A stretch of 64,000 nt of DNA from Rhizophagus irregularis (taxonomy: Eukaryota): positions 2,790,001-2,854,000 of the forward strand of contig NC_089429.1 in the NCBI RefSeq assembly GCF_026210795.1. Reading direction: 5' to 3'. Below are positions 39,672 through 53,035 of the stretch, one piece after another (within the stretch, counting starts at the first letter, position 1; the number at the start of each line of letters is the position of its first letter). The notes below the pieces were generated by a model. The model did not search any database. It was not told the origin of the DNA and worked only from the letters and a program-made list of their open reading frames with translations. The translations under genes and the position numbers were made by a program.

Positions 39672-40405
39672 ATTTGGTGCTCCTTATAAGGATCAGCCCT
39701 TACTACTTTGTATAATCGATTACAAATTATTATTTGCACAAATTCAGATATATACCTGGTGGCATCGCACCTTTGACCATGTTGAACAAGTCACTTTTTA
39801 TCACCATGATCCTATCTGTGCCCATTGTAATCCGCTTAATCAAAACACGATACAGTTTAACCATTTTTGGAACTGATATTCTATCGAGAATCTGGCACTT
39901 GGATATACTAGCTGTACACAACAAGTGTTAATAAACCTCAATAATTCCATAACAGTTGCTGAAACTTGGGAAGCTATCTATTCAATAGTTTTCAGTATCC
40001 AATATTCTATCAAGCCCTCAACCTTACACCTAGCTTCGACAAAGAGTTATATAACACCATATTCTTACCGTTCATTTAATTAGATGACTCTTGAGCTATA
40101 GTATTAGTGAAACAGCGCTTAACAACTGATACTGACGAGTCCACCAATAGTTTTGATACGCTAAACGATTTTAGGCCGCTGTTTAACGGTGGTATAGTAT
40201 TGGGACTGATGACTCCAGGACTATTATTTACCGACGAATATCTACATATTGAAAATCTTTTTAAAGAAAGACCAGTAAAATTATATTTAACGACGAAGAT
40301 TTAAATCTTAATCAACTATTTTCCAAACCAGAACCTGTTGAACTATTATTTGCCGACGAAGATTTACATCTCAATCAATTATTTGAAAAACCAGAAGTAC
40401 CCAGA

Positions 40406-40960
40406 ATGGCAGCTCTTGGCGGAAGATTTAATCCTAATATTTTGTTGAACGCCCTAAATAACTTAACGAATGCCCTGGGAGTTGGAAAGAATAATTGGGT
40501 GAATGTTAACAACGCCGTAAATACGCTAAACGCTATCCTAGTGGCTAATAATAATGCGTTGCAAACCTGTGAAACTCAGGCAGCACAAATACTGAGTGAC
40601 CTTTTATGGAGAAAATCAAGATCCAATCGCCTGGTTAAACGAGTTTAACTTATCCTGTGCGACTAATGGATGGAATAACGCTCAAAACTTCAAATAGTCC
40701 CGGTTAAAAGGAGTGGCTGTTGTGTGGTATCAAATGGTAGCCAGAAACCCCATTAATGTCTGGGATGGTGCTGCTAATAATAACACATTCGAATATGTCT
40801 TTAAACAATGTTTTAGAACGCTTGCTTTAGTTGAATTATGGTCGCCACCAGGATTAGGCAATAATGTAACGAACGATGAATCGGTTGATCAGTACACGTC
40901 ATCAATCCAGGAGTTATATCAATGAATTAATGACAGAGCATTTACTTACCCTAACATGTC
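40406..40960 (+). pseudogene. Ty3/Gypsy gag fragment
   Basis: TFYGENQDPIAWLNEFNLSCATNGW...KGVAVVWYQ...ESVDQYTSSIQEL; frameshifted and truncated. Confidence 0.75.
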
Positions 40961-40991
40961 GCTGTTAAACCTTTTGGTGATCAAACCTTAC

Positions 40992-41667
40992 CATCGGAAA
41001 ATTTTTTAAGATGCAGAACTGCAGAGATCTGTAAAATTAGCAGATCTCTGCATTTTTTTTGTGAATTTATGCAGAAGTCTGCGATTTTGCATATTTCTAC
41101 TTTTTATTTTTTACAAAATTATGCAATAATCTGCAATTTTGCAAGTTTCCAATTTTTTATGTATCATTTTTACGGTAATCTGCGATTTTGCAGATTTCCG
41201 CTTTTATTTTTTACAAAATTATGCAATAATCTGCAATTTTGCAAGTTTCCAATTTTTTATGTATCATTTCTGCGGTAATCTGCGATTTTGCAGATTTCTG
41301 CTTTTATTTTTTACAAAATTATGCAATAATCTGCAATTTTGCAAGTTTCCAATTTTTTATGTATGAATTTCTGCGGTAATCGCAATTTTGCAGATTTCTG
41401 CTTTATGTGAAATTTATGTGGAAGTCTGCAATTTTGCAGATTTTTGCTTTTTTTTCATTAAAATATCAGTTCGATCTGCAATTTCATCATTGATTTAATA
41501 TTTAAACTTTAATTAACTCTAACTTGATTTAATACTTAAATGATTTTTTCTACAATACTCTTAAAAAAAAAAACTTTACAAGACTTTAAAAAAATAATTT
41601 TTTCTACAACACTTAGTTATTACTAAAGAAAAAAACTTTGTGAAATAATTTTTCTACAACACCTTTT
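40992..41667 (-). mobile_element. 3' terminal segment of an older Plavaka-type element
   Basis: catcggaaaatttt...gcagaactgcagagatctgtaaaattagcagatct matches the reverse complement of about 49400-49462; internal tandem of about 100 bp. Confidence 0.75.
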
Positions 41668-42079
41668 CATCGGAAAATTTTTTGGGGTGCAGATCTGCAC
41701 AGATCTGCAGGTGACATTTTTGCACAGATCTGCAACCCTGTTGGCAGTCTTTGGAAAAAAAAATTCATCAAAAACTGCGCAGAATTTCAAGAAACAAAAT
41801 TCTGCGAAAATTTTTAAAAAATAAATAATGAAATTCTGCGAAGATTATAAAAAAACAAATAACGAAATTCTGCGAAGATTTTTAAAAAATAAATATTCGA
41901 AATAATTCAAATATATTTAATTTCACTGATCATCACAATTATTACAAACAATTTTATATATAGTAATTTATTTAATATGTAATTTATTTAATAAAATATA
42001 TTCAAAAAAAATTGAAGAATTTCAAATACAAATTTCCGAATTCTGAAAATTAATGTAATACGAAGAAATTTGACAAATG

Positions 42080-45000
42080 TTAAGAGAATTTCGAATCTAA
42101 ACTCTTGAGCTGTAAATTTTTTTGATTTAGATTAGTAAAATAAATTAACGCGGTGTAAAAATCATTATATACCAGATAATAACTTTGACTTACTAATTCT
42201 TCGTAACTACTACTATTACCATCATCAGCATCGCTCGATTCTTCAATTATAGACGAAATTTCTGGACTTTGTTCTGAATCTTCTTTCGCCGCTAACTCCT
42301 GCAACAAATGCGGAGTTACAGTAACTTTATTTTTGATCGATTGCTGATAATTGATTATACATTAATATTTGCGAAATATTTTAAAATTTTTAACTTCAAA
42401 ATACTGATGAACGTTATTATTACCATAAAAAAATCAACTCTCTTTAAAACTAACTTGTCGTTGCATTTAATCCCAGGGCTACTGGGATTTAAGACAATAT
42501 CGCAGATAGGCGAAATACATCCCAGGTGTTAGGAGCATGCCTTCGTATGATTTGATAATAGAAGAGGTTATTTTCGTGAGAATACCTTGATTTTCAAAAA
42601 GTTCTCGATATGCTTCTCGCGTTTTTGCATTTTTTTTCCATTCAGCAATCTTTTTAGAGGACGCACTGCTATCCACACGTTTTAACTTCTGCTCACCGAA
42701 GTTAGAAAACATAGTATTTCAAATATTTGCCGCTAAATCATTTCGCTTACTTCGGCATTTGTTTTTTATCTTAATAATCAAATAATTTCGGATTATTATT
42801 ATTATTATTATTATTGATTATTATTAATGATTTCACGTACTTCTGGTAATAACTTTGATTCGAATAGGGAAACCCACGTATTTCTTCCAAGATTTTCAAT
42901 ATAATGACTGGCATGTTCAGCGAGGTATTTCTCTAAAGCTTCACGGTACTCTGTATCTGAAGGAAATAGGATCTTTAGAATAAGTTCTTTGGACACCTTT
43001 TTATATGCGCGCTGTAAAGATAATCAGTTATTTTTAAATATCTTGAGATCAAATAAAGTTGCTAAATCTATTAAAGTAACTTACATTCCAAAATTCATCC
43101 GAAAGCTCGTTGACCACCACAAGTCTCTGTATCGTTTGAGAATCTAATCGTTGTTGCTCACTAATACGTCGGCACAATCGATATATTGAAGTGATTTTTT
43201 CGTCTAATAATTTCATAGTATAGTTGAATTTCTCGATTGTAAGGTAACGTTCGTCACGTTCTTCGAAGTTACAATTAAGGTTGCTTGTCTAAACCTCTTC
43301 AAAATCCTACGATTAGTTTCATCAAAATTTTACTATAGATTTATTATAGTTTCGGCAGAGTTTCGGCAGTTTCGGCATTTATAATAAGTTTCGGCAGTTT
43401 CGCCTTTCTCCAAAGTTTTGCCAGTTTTTTAATATAACTTTAATATAGTTTCGGCAGAATTTCGCTTTTCGGCGAAACGCCATCTTGCCTAAACCCCTAG
43501 GTTTTGGCAAGCAACCTTAGTTACAATATTCGTCATCAATTTGCATAGGTGTGATAGGTGTAGAAGCTCTGATAGGTGTGGGTGCTCTGATAGGTGTGGA
43601 AGTTCTTCGGTTTGAATCATCATCGGGTTTAGTTGGAGAATTTTCAAGATTTCTTGTTGAATTATTACCAACAATAATGGGCGTTAATGATCTACCCCGA
43701 TTTTTTTTTGGCTTGCCACTTTTGATACTTTTTGTAGGATTATTGGATGTTGAAGACTTGAGAATTTCATCTGGAACAACCAACACGAACAGGACCCCGA
43801 AGAATACATATAATACTGGGATCCAATTTTGTATAAACTTACTATGTAATTTCTTAATAAGTCATATGTTTGAAATTGTATAACCAAATAGCAGTTATGC
43901 AAAAAGTCAGATTTTTATTTGTATAACAATAATGATTTTTACAATAAGTAAGATTTTCATTTTGTATAACGGATATTAGAATTTTTTTTATATACATTTA
44001 AAATTTTTTAGTTTTTTTTTATTTTTTGTTTAAGAAATTTTTAAGATATTTTTTAAAAAAGAGTTTTTTTATTTGTTTTAAAAAACACTTGAAATATTTT
44101 TTAATAGAAATTGTTTTTTGTTTAAGAAGTTTTTAAAGGTTCGTTTTAAGACATTTTTTTAATAAAAATAAAGAAATTTTTTTACAAAATTAAAAAAAAA
44201 TACATTTTATTACATATCTCGGCATCTAGTGATCATAGAGAAATGAAACACAGCTTATTAGATTCGCCTCAATACAACGAGTCGAATGGTGGTAGTTTTA
44301 TATTTCTAGGCGCGATAGATGCAGAGTTATGTGATAAAATGTAAAAATGCACAGTAGACGAAAATACAAAGTGCCGATGTGTGGTATAGCTCAACATCTA
44401 TCACACCTAGAAACACGAAACTACTACCATTCGATTCGTCTTGTCAAGACGAATCCAACGAGCTGTGTTTCATCTTTTTACGATCACTGGGTGGTGAGAT
44501 ATATAACAAAATGTATTTTCTTTTATTTTGTAATATACATCCAAATTTTTGCATAAAACTTACTATATTATACATATTGGGCATCAATATCTATAAGGTA
44601 TTTAAAATTTTAACATGCAATTTTGTTTAAAAATTTTATTTAAGTTATTTTTTAATAATTTTTTTTAAAAAAAATTTTTAAGTATTTGTTAGAATTTTTA
44701 ATAATATTTATTAAAATTTTCAATAAAATTTATTTGAAATTTTTCTTTAAAAATTTTTTTTTTATATAAACTCAGATTTATAATTGTATAATTTATAATA
44801 AAATTTGAACTTATGTGATGATTTTGTATAAAGCTTCTAATAAAATTAGGTGTATAAAGTTATATTAAAATTTTGGATCTGGATCTGAGTTGTATATGTA
44901 TTCTTCGGGGTCCTACACGAACGGTCCTTCGGTATGGGGTGTTGAAGTTAAAATATTATCGTAATCAGGGCCAGTACGAGTTTCAGTATAAGATGTTGAA

Positions 45001-45266
45001 GCTGAAGCATTATCATCAACATTTCCTGTATCTTGTGATGATACATCATCAGCTGTTGGTGTCGATTGAACAAGCGAAGATTAATTATAATATTAAATTA
45101 ATGTAAGAAATGCAATTCCTTGACGGACTGTACCTGACAAAATTTGAGATAATATATTTCCAGTTTTTTGAGAAGCTTCATCTTTTTTTTCCGGACTATT
45201 ATGGGAAACTTTCATTTTTTTCTTTGCATTTTTTCCAGTTTTTTTCTTAGTATTTTTCGTTGACAT
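42080..45266 (-). pseudogene. Accessory multi-exon gene of the Plavaka element
   Basis: Fragments from MSTKNTKKK through the TPIRA repeats, SKELILKILFP, IAEWKKNAKT and an acidic tail, all on the minus strand; contains insertions. Confidence 0.55.
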
Positions 45267-45823
45267 TATTAACAACTAATTTATAGGAAAAAATATACTT
45301 GAAATTTACGAAACAATTTAAATAAAAAATTGATTACCGAAATCGATAAAAAAATCCAAAATCTATAAATTAAATAATTTAATTATCAGTAAAAATATTA
45401 ATTAAAATGATTAAAATCTGTAAATTAAAATGATTAAAATTTAAAAATAGAAATAGTTAAAAATCTGTAAATTAAAATGATTAAAATTAAATAAAATAAT
45501 TAAGAAATCTGCAAATTAAAATGATTAAAATTTAAAAATAGAATGATTAAAAATCTGTAAATTAAAATGATTGAACCCCTGCGCCAAAAATGTAAAAAAA
45601 TCAAAAAAAAAAAAAAAAAAAAAAAAATTGAGAATTCACACAAACGAAAGAAATATCAAATTCTTCATTAAAATTCGCAAATTCACAAAATTCATAATTT
45701 CGCATTAATTAAAATAATCATTAATAAAATCACTAAAATTCGCTTAAAATTAGCAAAGAACAAATAAAAACAAATATTTACTATACCGCAAATAAATCCT
45801 CATAAATTGTTCTTCAAATAAAA

Positions 45824-48800
45824 ATGGTTAGATATCAATGCCAAATTTGTAAAAGAGAATTTTCAACTTACAGCGGTTTAAAACAATATGCCAATGTTAA
45901 ACATCATGGGAAAATGAGATCCTCCCAACTAAATGAGTCACCAGTACAGCAAAGATCTTTGTTGCAGCCATTAAGAGAAATGATAAGATCAGAACATGAT
46001 GCAAAACTTTGTAGCACGTCAATTATTATGCCAAATCCAACTACTTCGCAAGAAAAGCTTACATCACAGGATGATGATGATGAGATGAAGCAATTTGAAC
46101 CTTCATCTCAAGATGAAGACTTAGTAAATATTGCAAATGAGTTAGAAGATGAACCACGTTATCATTTGCAAAAAAGGTTACGGTCGAAGAGAGGGTCGAA
46201 GCAAATTTTGAAGAATCGGAAGCCAGAATCAGAATTAGTAAACTTTGAAGATACTGAATTCATTGATCCTGAAGACCTTCAGGGTGCGTCATTAGATGAT
46301 GCCATAGATGTAGTTGATGGAAAACCCACACCAGAGCGCATAGTAAAATGGCCGAATGATGCATATCGCGACTTTTTGGAGTTGATAGTAGAGGGTAATA
46401 TCTCTAATAAGATAGGTGATAAAATAATAAAGTTTTTCAACAAACATAATAATTTAGACAAATCACCATTGCCAAGTTCAACGAAAAATGGCAAGGATTA
46501 TCTTAATCAAATAAATTCACCTTTGATAGACTTTAAAGAAAAGGTTGTTGCGACCTATAATGAAATTAATTTTACCTTCTACTATCGCCCACTTTTTCAT
46601 GCTATTCAAGCTCTTCTGCAATGACCGGAAGTAGCCAATAACTTCGTCCATAAAGGAATCCAAAATAAAATGAAGGTCTGTATAATAATTTGATTTCCAT
46701 CTGCAATGATAAATTACATTATTTATGCTTATTTAGTTATTTATATTTTCAGGATGATAGAGCTGAAACAAGAATATTTGGCGAACCTTTCGAAGGTAAC
46801 TGGTGGTTAGAAACCGAAAAGAACCTTCCATCATTAAATCGACTATTATCCATCATCTTATACTCAGACACAACAACTTTCGATGGACTTGGGAAATCAT
46901 CAGGCTATCCAGTTTTTTTAACTCTTGGTAACATTCCAAATCATGTTCGAAATTTGCTGGAGGCTAAAATTCTTTTAGGATTTCTCCCTAAAGTCCAAGA
47001 TACAGGAATCAAAACAACAGAAAGTTTTTGAAGTTTACAGCGCGATGTATATCATAAATGCTTCAAAATTATGCTCCAACCTTTATTAGAAAAATCTGAA
47101 GCGCTATATTTTGGAATTAATGGACAAGTGATTACTTTCACTGCACGGATATCATTTTTTCTCGCAGATATGCTTGAAGTTGATGATATAACTGCGACAT
47201 ATAAAGGAGCGCAGTGCAAAATGCCATGCCATACTTGCATGGTTTTGCAAAGTAATTTGAACAATATGAGTCTTAAACTAGAGAACGTACCTCATAGAAC
47301 TCATGAAAATATGAAGCAAGTAATCAACGATGGCTAAGGAAAGGAGTATTCTGTGCATTCTGTTGAAAATTCCTTCTGGAAATTTCCGTAAATATCTTTA
47401 TATTTCTGTAATGAATTTCAAAGATGTAAATTTTTACACACGTATAATTTGTTTCAGAAATTTGAATATATACGAAGCCTGCGTTCCTGACCGTATGCAC
47501 CATATCGATCTTGAACTCTTCAAATACCAATTGGAATTTACACAAGATATTTTGAAGGCAGTCAGAGGAACAGAACTACAAAAAAAATTTGATGATCGAC
47601 TTCGTCAGATTCCTCGCTTCCCGGGTCTTAAACTCTTACATAAATTACGACATTTAAACGTACTTACTGCATCAGACTATCGTAACATAATGAAAATTGC
47701 CCTTTTTGCCTTAGATGAAATTTTTGAAGGAAACGAAATAACCTGTAAAGAACTTTGCGAACTTTACGCAAAGTTTAGTAAGATGTACATAATAAGCAGG
47801 AAAGAAATATATACTGAAGAAGATCTGAAAATTTTTGAAGTAAGTCAAAGTTCATAAAGTCACATTGGAAATCATCAACACACTAAAGATTATCAATTAT
47901 AGTCAGCAATTATTGATTGGTGCATTGATTTCAAAAAGATCTTCTCTCCATTGTCCACTACTGACTGCAATTTTCTGAAGTTACACAGTTGGCGGTATCA
48001 CGCAGGTAGGACGCTAGTAAACATACAGTATATGATTTTATCCTAATTTATTATGATTGTTTTCAGTGCCTGCTATTAGAAAATATGGTGCATTGAATGG
48101 GTTGTCAACGGAAACGTATGAAACCCTCCACAAATCATATGTCAAAACCCCATATCGGTTATCAAACAGAAAAGACGTAATGAGACAATTGGTGAACGCT
48201 GTTAGTTGAATCCGACATGACTAAAATCAATTTCTTTGAAATATACATACATTTAATAATATTTTTTATAGGTAAAACACAAAGAATTGACATCTTCTGC
48301 TAAAAAAGTTATTCATCATAAAGCCAAAGGATTTGGAAAAGTACTTTGGGAACTAACATTAGATAATATCGACCAAAAAATAAAATCGTTGAAAAAATCT
48401 GAAAATCTACCACATTTAAACTTCATTGAAGGGTTATCGCAATTAATTTCAACTTTAAATACCTTTCTGGACACATCTTCGCAGGAGTCCAAAAGTGACG
48501 AATTTTACATTAAAATTTATGATTCAGTACACCTGGAAGATAGACATATTTTAAGAATGACAGGAGAATTCCAAGATAAAGAATGGTTCAGTAATATTGC
48601 GGTAACTCCTGCAGAAGATCAAGAGCAATACAATTCGGATGAGGGAACTTGGTATGGAAAAGTAAATGAATGATTAAGATTGATAAAGTGTTGTATGTCA
48701 TTAATCAATTTTCTTTATAAGGTGTTGTTATTATTTAAATTCTTCCGAGGTTCTTTCAAAGAGCCATATGAACTTGCTCTGGTTCATTGGTTTGATATTA

Positions 48801-48952
48801 TTACGGAGGAACCCGAACTGTATGGGTGTCCGCAGTTGTATTACACCAAAGAATACAACACAATACCAATCGGTTCAATTAACCAAGAAGTTCATATAGT
48901 TCCAAGGTTTGGCAAAGTAAATCGTTATTTGTTAAATAAATACATGTTTTAA
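45824..48952 (+). pseudogene. Plavaka-type transposase, multi-exon, several stops
   Basis: N-terminal C2H2 (YQCQICKREF), LSIILYSDTTTFDGLGKSSGYPVFLTLGNIP, FFLADMLE, PCHTC, PDRMHHIDL, RQIPRFPGL, LSTETYETLH, VHIVPRF...YLLNKYMF. Confidence 0.85.
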
Positions 48953-49462
48953 AAATTACTGGAAAACTTTAACGAAAGTAAAGTCAGAAAGTTTAAAAAA
49001 TAAAATTTGTAAATTTGTTGACGAAAGTATTAAAAAAAAACTATTAAAAAACTTTAGCGAAAATAAATTGTCAACAGAAATGATCGAAAAGCTTAATTAA
49101 GCTTAATTACTAATTGAAATCGAAAAGTTTAATTAGTTAGTTACTCAAAGTTTAAACGCAATTATAAACCTGCAATTTTGAGTTAAAGAATTTCGTAGAG
49201 TTTCGCAAAAAAAAAAGACAAAAAGCGAATATCTGCTATTTCGCAGAACTTCGCAAAACTGGCATGTTTTAAATTTTCTGTTAAATGAAATTCTGCAAAA
49301 TTGCAGAATTTTGCTGATTTTATAGATAAAAATATTCAATTATCTGTGAAGTTGCAAAGTTTGCAGAACTTCGCAGAAATACACAAAAAATGACAAAAAA
49401 AAGCGGAGATCTGCTAATTTTACAGATCTCCGCAGTTCTGCACCCCAAAAAATTTCCCGATG

Positions 49463-51224
49463 TTAGAATTCACCCACTAATCTTAGAATTTCTCTACTTT
49501 CTAGATGAACTGAATCATAAATTTTGATAAAAAAATCATTTTCTGAATCTTGCGAGGATATGTCTAAAAAAGTATCTAACGCTGTAATTATTTGTGCTAA
49601 TCCTTCAATATAATTTGGATGTGATGGATTTTCAGATTTTTTTAAAGATTTTATTTTTTCATCAATAGAGTCTAGATTTAATTCCCAAAGAATTTTTCCA
49701 AACCTTTTAGTTTTACGATAAATGACTTTCATACCGCTGGTAGTTGGAGTTAATTCTTTATGCTTTACCTGCAAAAATATTAATAGTTTAGTATTTATGG
49801 TTGGAGAAAAGTTAAAAAAATCTTATAAAACTTTTACTAACAGCGTTCACCAGTTATTGCATCACGTGTTTTTTATTTGTTGCTTGATATTGAATTTTAA
49901 TATATAATTTATGGAGCGTTTCGTAAGTCTCCATTGATAGGCCATTCAGTGCACTATATTTGACAATGGCAGGTACTGAAATAATTAAATTAAATTAAAA
50001 TTTGTATAAATTAATAGCCATCTTCAAATTATATTACCTGCATGATAACGCCAACTATGCAGCTTTAGAAAACTGCAATCTGTAGTAGATAATGGGAAGA
50101 ATATTCTTTTAAACTCGATGCACCAATCAATAATTGCTTCCTATTTTAGTTAGTAGTTAGATCATCTATTAACTTTTAAAAAAAGTTAATTTTTTTAATT
50201 TTTTCTTCTTACTTCAAAGATATTCAGTTCATTTTCGGTATATGATTCTTGTCTACTCATAGTATACATTTTATTAAACTTCGTGTAAAGTTCACAAAGT
50301 TCTTTACAAGTTATTTCATTTTCTTCACTGAAAATTTCATCCAAAGCAAAAATCGCTATCTTTATAATATGACTATAGTCTGATGATGCTGTCATTACTT
50401 TTAGTTGACCTACTTTACTTAACAATTTAAGGCCTGGAAAATGTGGAATTTGTCAAAGACATTCATTGAAAATCTTCTGTAATTCTAACTCTCCAACCTT
50501 TTTTAAGATTTCCTGCATAAACTCCAGTTGATATTTAAAAAGTCCAAGATCAATATGATGCATACGGTCAGGAATGCACGCTTCATAAATATTCAGATTT
50601 CTGTAAAAAATTTTATATATGTAAAAAAATTTTTACAACGTCGTCATTACTTATAAAATTTAGTGATATTTACAGAAATTCCCAGAAGGCATTTTTGACG
50701 TAATGTACAGAATACTCCTTTCCTTGTCCAGCGCTAACTATTTCCTTCATATTTTCATGAGTTCTGGAAAGTATATCTTCTCGTATAAGTTTCATATCGT
50801 TTAAGTTATTTTGCAGAACCATATAAGTATGGCATGCATCATGGCATTTTACATCACGCTACTTTATATGTAGCGGTCACATCATCTACTTCAAGCATAT
50901 CCATGAGAAAAAAAGAAATTTGTGCAGCAAATATTTTCGCTTGTTCATTAATCCCAAAACATAACGTATCAGGTTTCTCCAGTAAAGGCCAAAACATGAT
51001 ATTAAAGCATTTGTGAAATATTTCACGCTGCAAACTTCAAAAGACTTCAGTAGTTTTAATGCCTGAATCTTGAACTTTAGGCAAAAAACCTAAAAGTATT
51101 TTAGATTCTGGTAGATTTCAAATCCAATTTGGAACATTTCTAAGCGTTAAAAATACTGGATGGCCTGATGTCTTGCCCAGTCCATCGAAAGTAGTCCCAT
51201 CTGAATATAAGATGATAGACAATC
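49463..51224 (-). pseudogene. Second Plavaka-type transposase, truncated at both ends
   Basis: Collinear homolog of about 46850-48570 (LSIILYSDGTTFDGLGKTSGHPVF ... FGKILWEL ... LVGEF) with similarly placed introns. Confidence 0.85.
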
Positions 51225-51803
51225 TTTGCTGAAATCTCTGATTTTTTAAAATATTTTTACAATATTTTTATAATATTATAATTATATATATTTAATAAAT
51301 AAATAATATGAAATTGAGACTCATAAGAATATATTTTAAATATATAAATATATATTAACAATATTAATACAATATATTTGTTATATTTGAAATAATATAT
51401 TTAATATATAAATACTTAATATTAAATATATAAATACTATATAATTAATATATTATATATATATATTTAGGATATAGTATTTGTATATTCAATATATATA
51501 TATATAATATATTTAACATATATTAAATATATAGTATATATATATTTAATGTTTAGTATATATATGTTTAAAATATATTTATTAATATATTATATATATA
51601 TTTGTTATATAATAATTATATATGAATAATAAATAAATAATATAAAATTGAGACTCTTAAGAATATATTTTAAATATTATAAATATATATTAACAATATT
51701 GATACAATATATTTGTTATATTTAAAATAATATAATATATATATAATTAATACATAATTAATATATATTTTTAATGTGATATATAATATAGTAATTATAT
51801 ATA

Positions 51804-51975
51804 CAGTCAAACCTTGATATAGCGAACCCTTGATATAGTGAATTTTTCAGACAACTATAATAAATTTCCTCTTGCTATAACGAATTAACCAATCAAATCT
51901 CTTAAAATCTTCACTATAGCCCTATAGCGAAGTTGAGGTCTGGAACCTAGGGTTCGTTATAACAAGGGTTGACTG
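51804..51975. mobile_element. Tc1/mariner-type MITE
   Basis: TA|cagtcaaacctt ... aagggttgactg|TA; same TIR family as 13182-13325. Confidence 0.85.
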
Positions 51976-53035
51976 TAAACAATATATATATCATATAAAT
52001 TGAAACTCGTATGAATATATTTTAAATATTATAAATGTATTTAAATAATATACTAATTATATTATAATTTTATATTTACTTATATGTATACAATACTATA
52101 TACTATATATATGATATAAAAATCAACTAATTTATTGAAATAATGTACTTGTTATTTTTATTTGTTCATAATTATATTATTATACATAATTAAAATAATT
52201 AAACAAAATCCCATTTTATCTAAAAAAAACTAAGAAGTAAAAAATATCAATTCTATCAACAATAACATTATTGCACCTAAGAATGAAACCCAAAGAAAAT
52301 TGCTCTTCATAAAAAAAGCCCAAATATATAAATAAAATTTACCATTATTACAGATTCTTCGTTTGAAAGGAATCTTATGATATCGCCTAAAAGAACTTGC
52401 TTAAAGAAATTGGAAAGTCCCCTAAGAAAGCAAAGAAAGAATGGAAAGTTAGAAAGCGCAAAATTGAATGTGGTTTAGTGAAATAAGAGTAACAAAATTC
52501 ATGTTAAAAAAATAATAAAACACGTTAATTGACTTACAAAGAGGAAATGTAAAGTTAGGACCTGTCTACAAGAAAGTGAAAAATAACAACAATAACGTTA
52601 TTACACCTAAGAATGAAATAAGAAAGCAAAGAAAGGGAGGAGAAAATGGGAAGTTAGAACCCGCCTGCAATAAATCAACGTGGTTTAGTTAGGAAATAAG
52701 AGTAATAAAACATGTTTAAAAAATAAAAAAATAAGAATAATAAACGCGTTAATTGACTTACAAGAAAGTGATAAACTATCTAAGAAAGAGAAAAAATTAA
52801 ACTCGATCTAAACTTTGTAGAATTAAGAAACGAGATAAGTTTTAAACTTACAAGTTTTCGCCTAAAAGTTCTTAATAAAGAGAGAACACGCCTATAAAGA
52901 ATGTGAGGAAAAAAACAAACTAAAAAGATCTTATGGGTTACATGCTGGTTACACAGATTACACAATCATGGATCAACCAATGATAATTGTATATCATTTT
53001 GATATATCACATATTTCTTACATATCGTTCATCTA

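Larger units (their letters stand above)
41668..49462 (+). mobile_element. Plavaka/CACTA-related transposon, about 7.8 kb, both ends present
   Basis: TIR CATCGG(A/G)AAATTTTTTGGGGTGCAGA at both ends, TT on both flanks, two divergent genes inside. Confidence 0.85.

Noticed and set aside
43335..43499. Possible hAT MITE with gtttcggca repeats
   Set aside because: Only one end (aaacccta) is recognisable and there is no TSD, so the boundaries are unsupported.
51240..52200. Extremely AT-rich stretch as possible organellar or centromeric DNA
   Set aside because: No coding or RNA signal; the internal duplications fit a decayed non-autonomous repeat.
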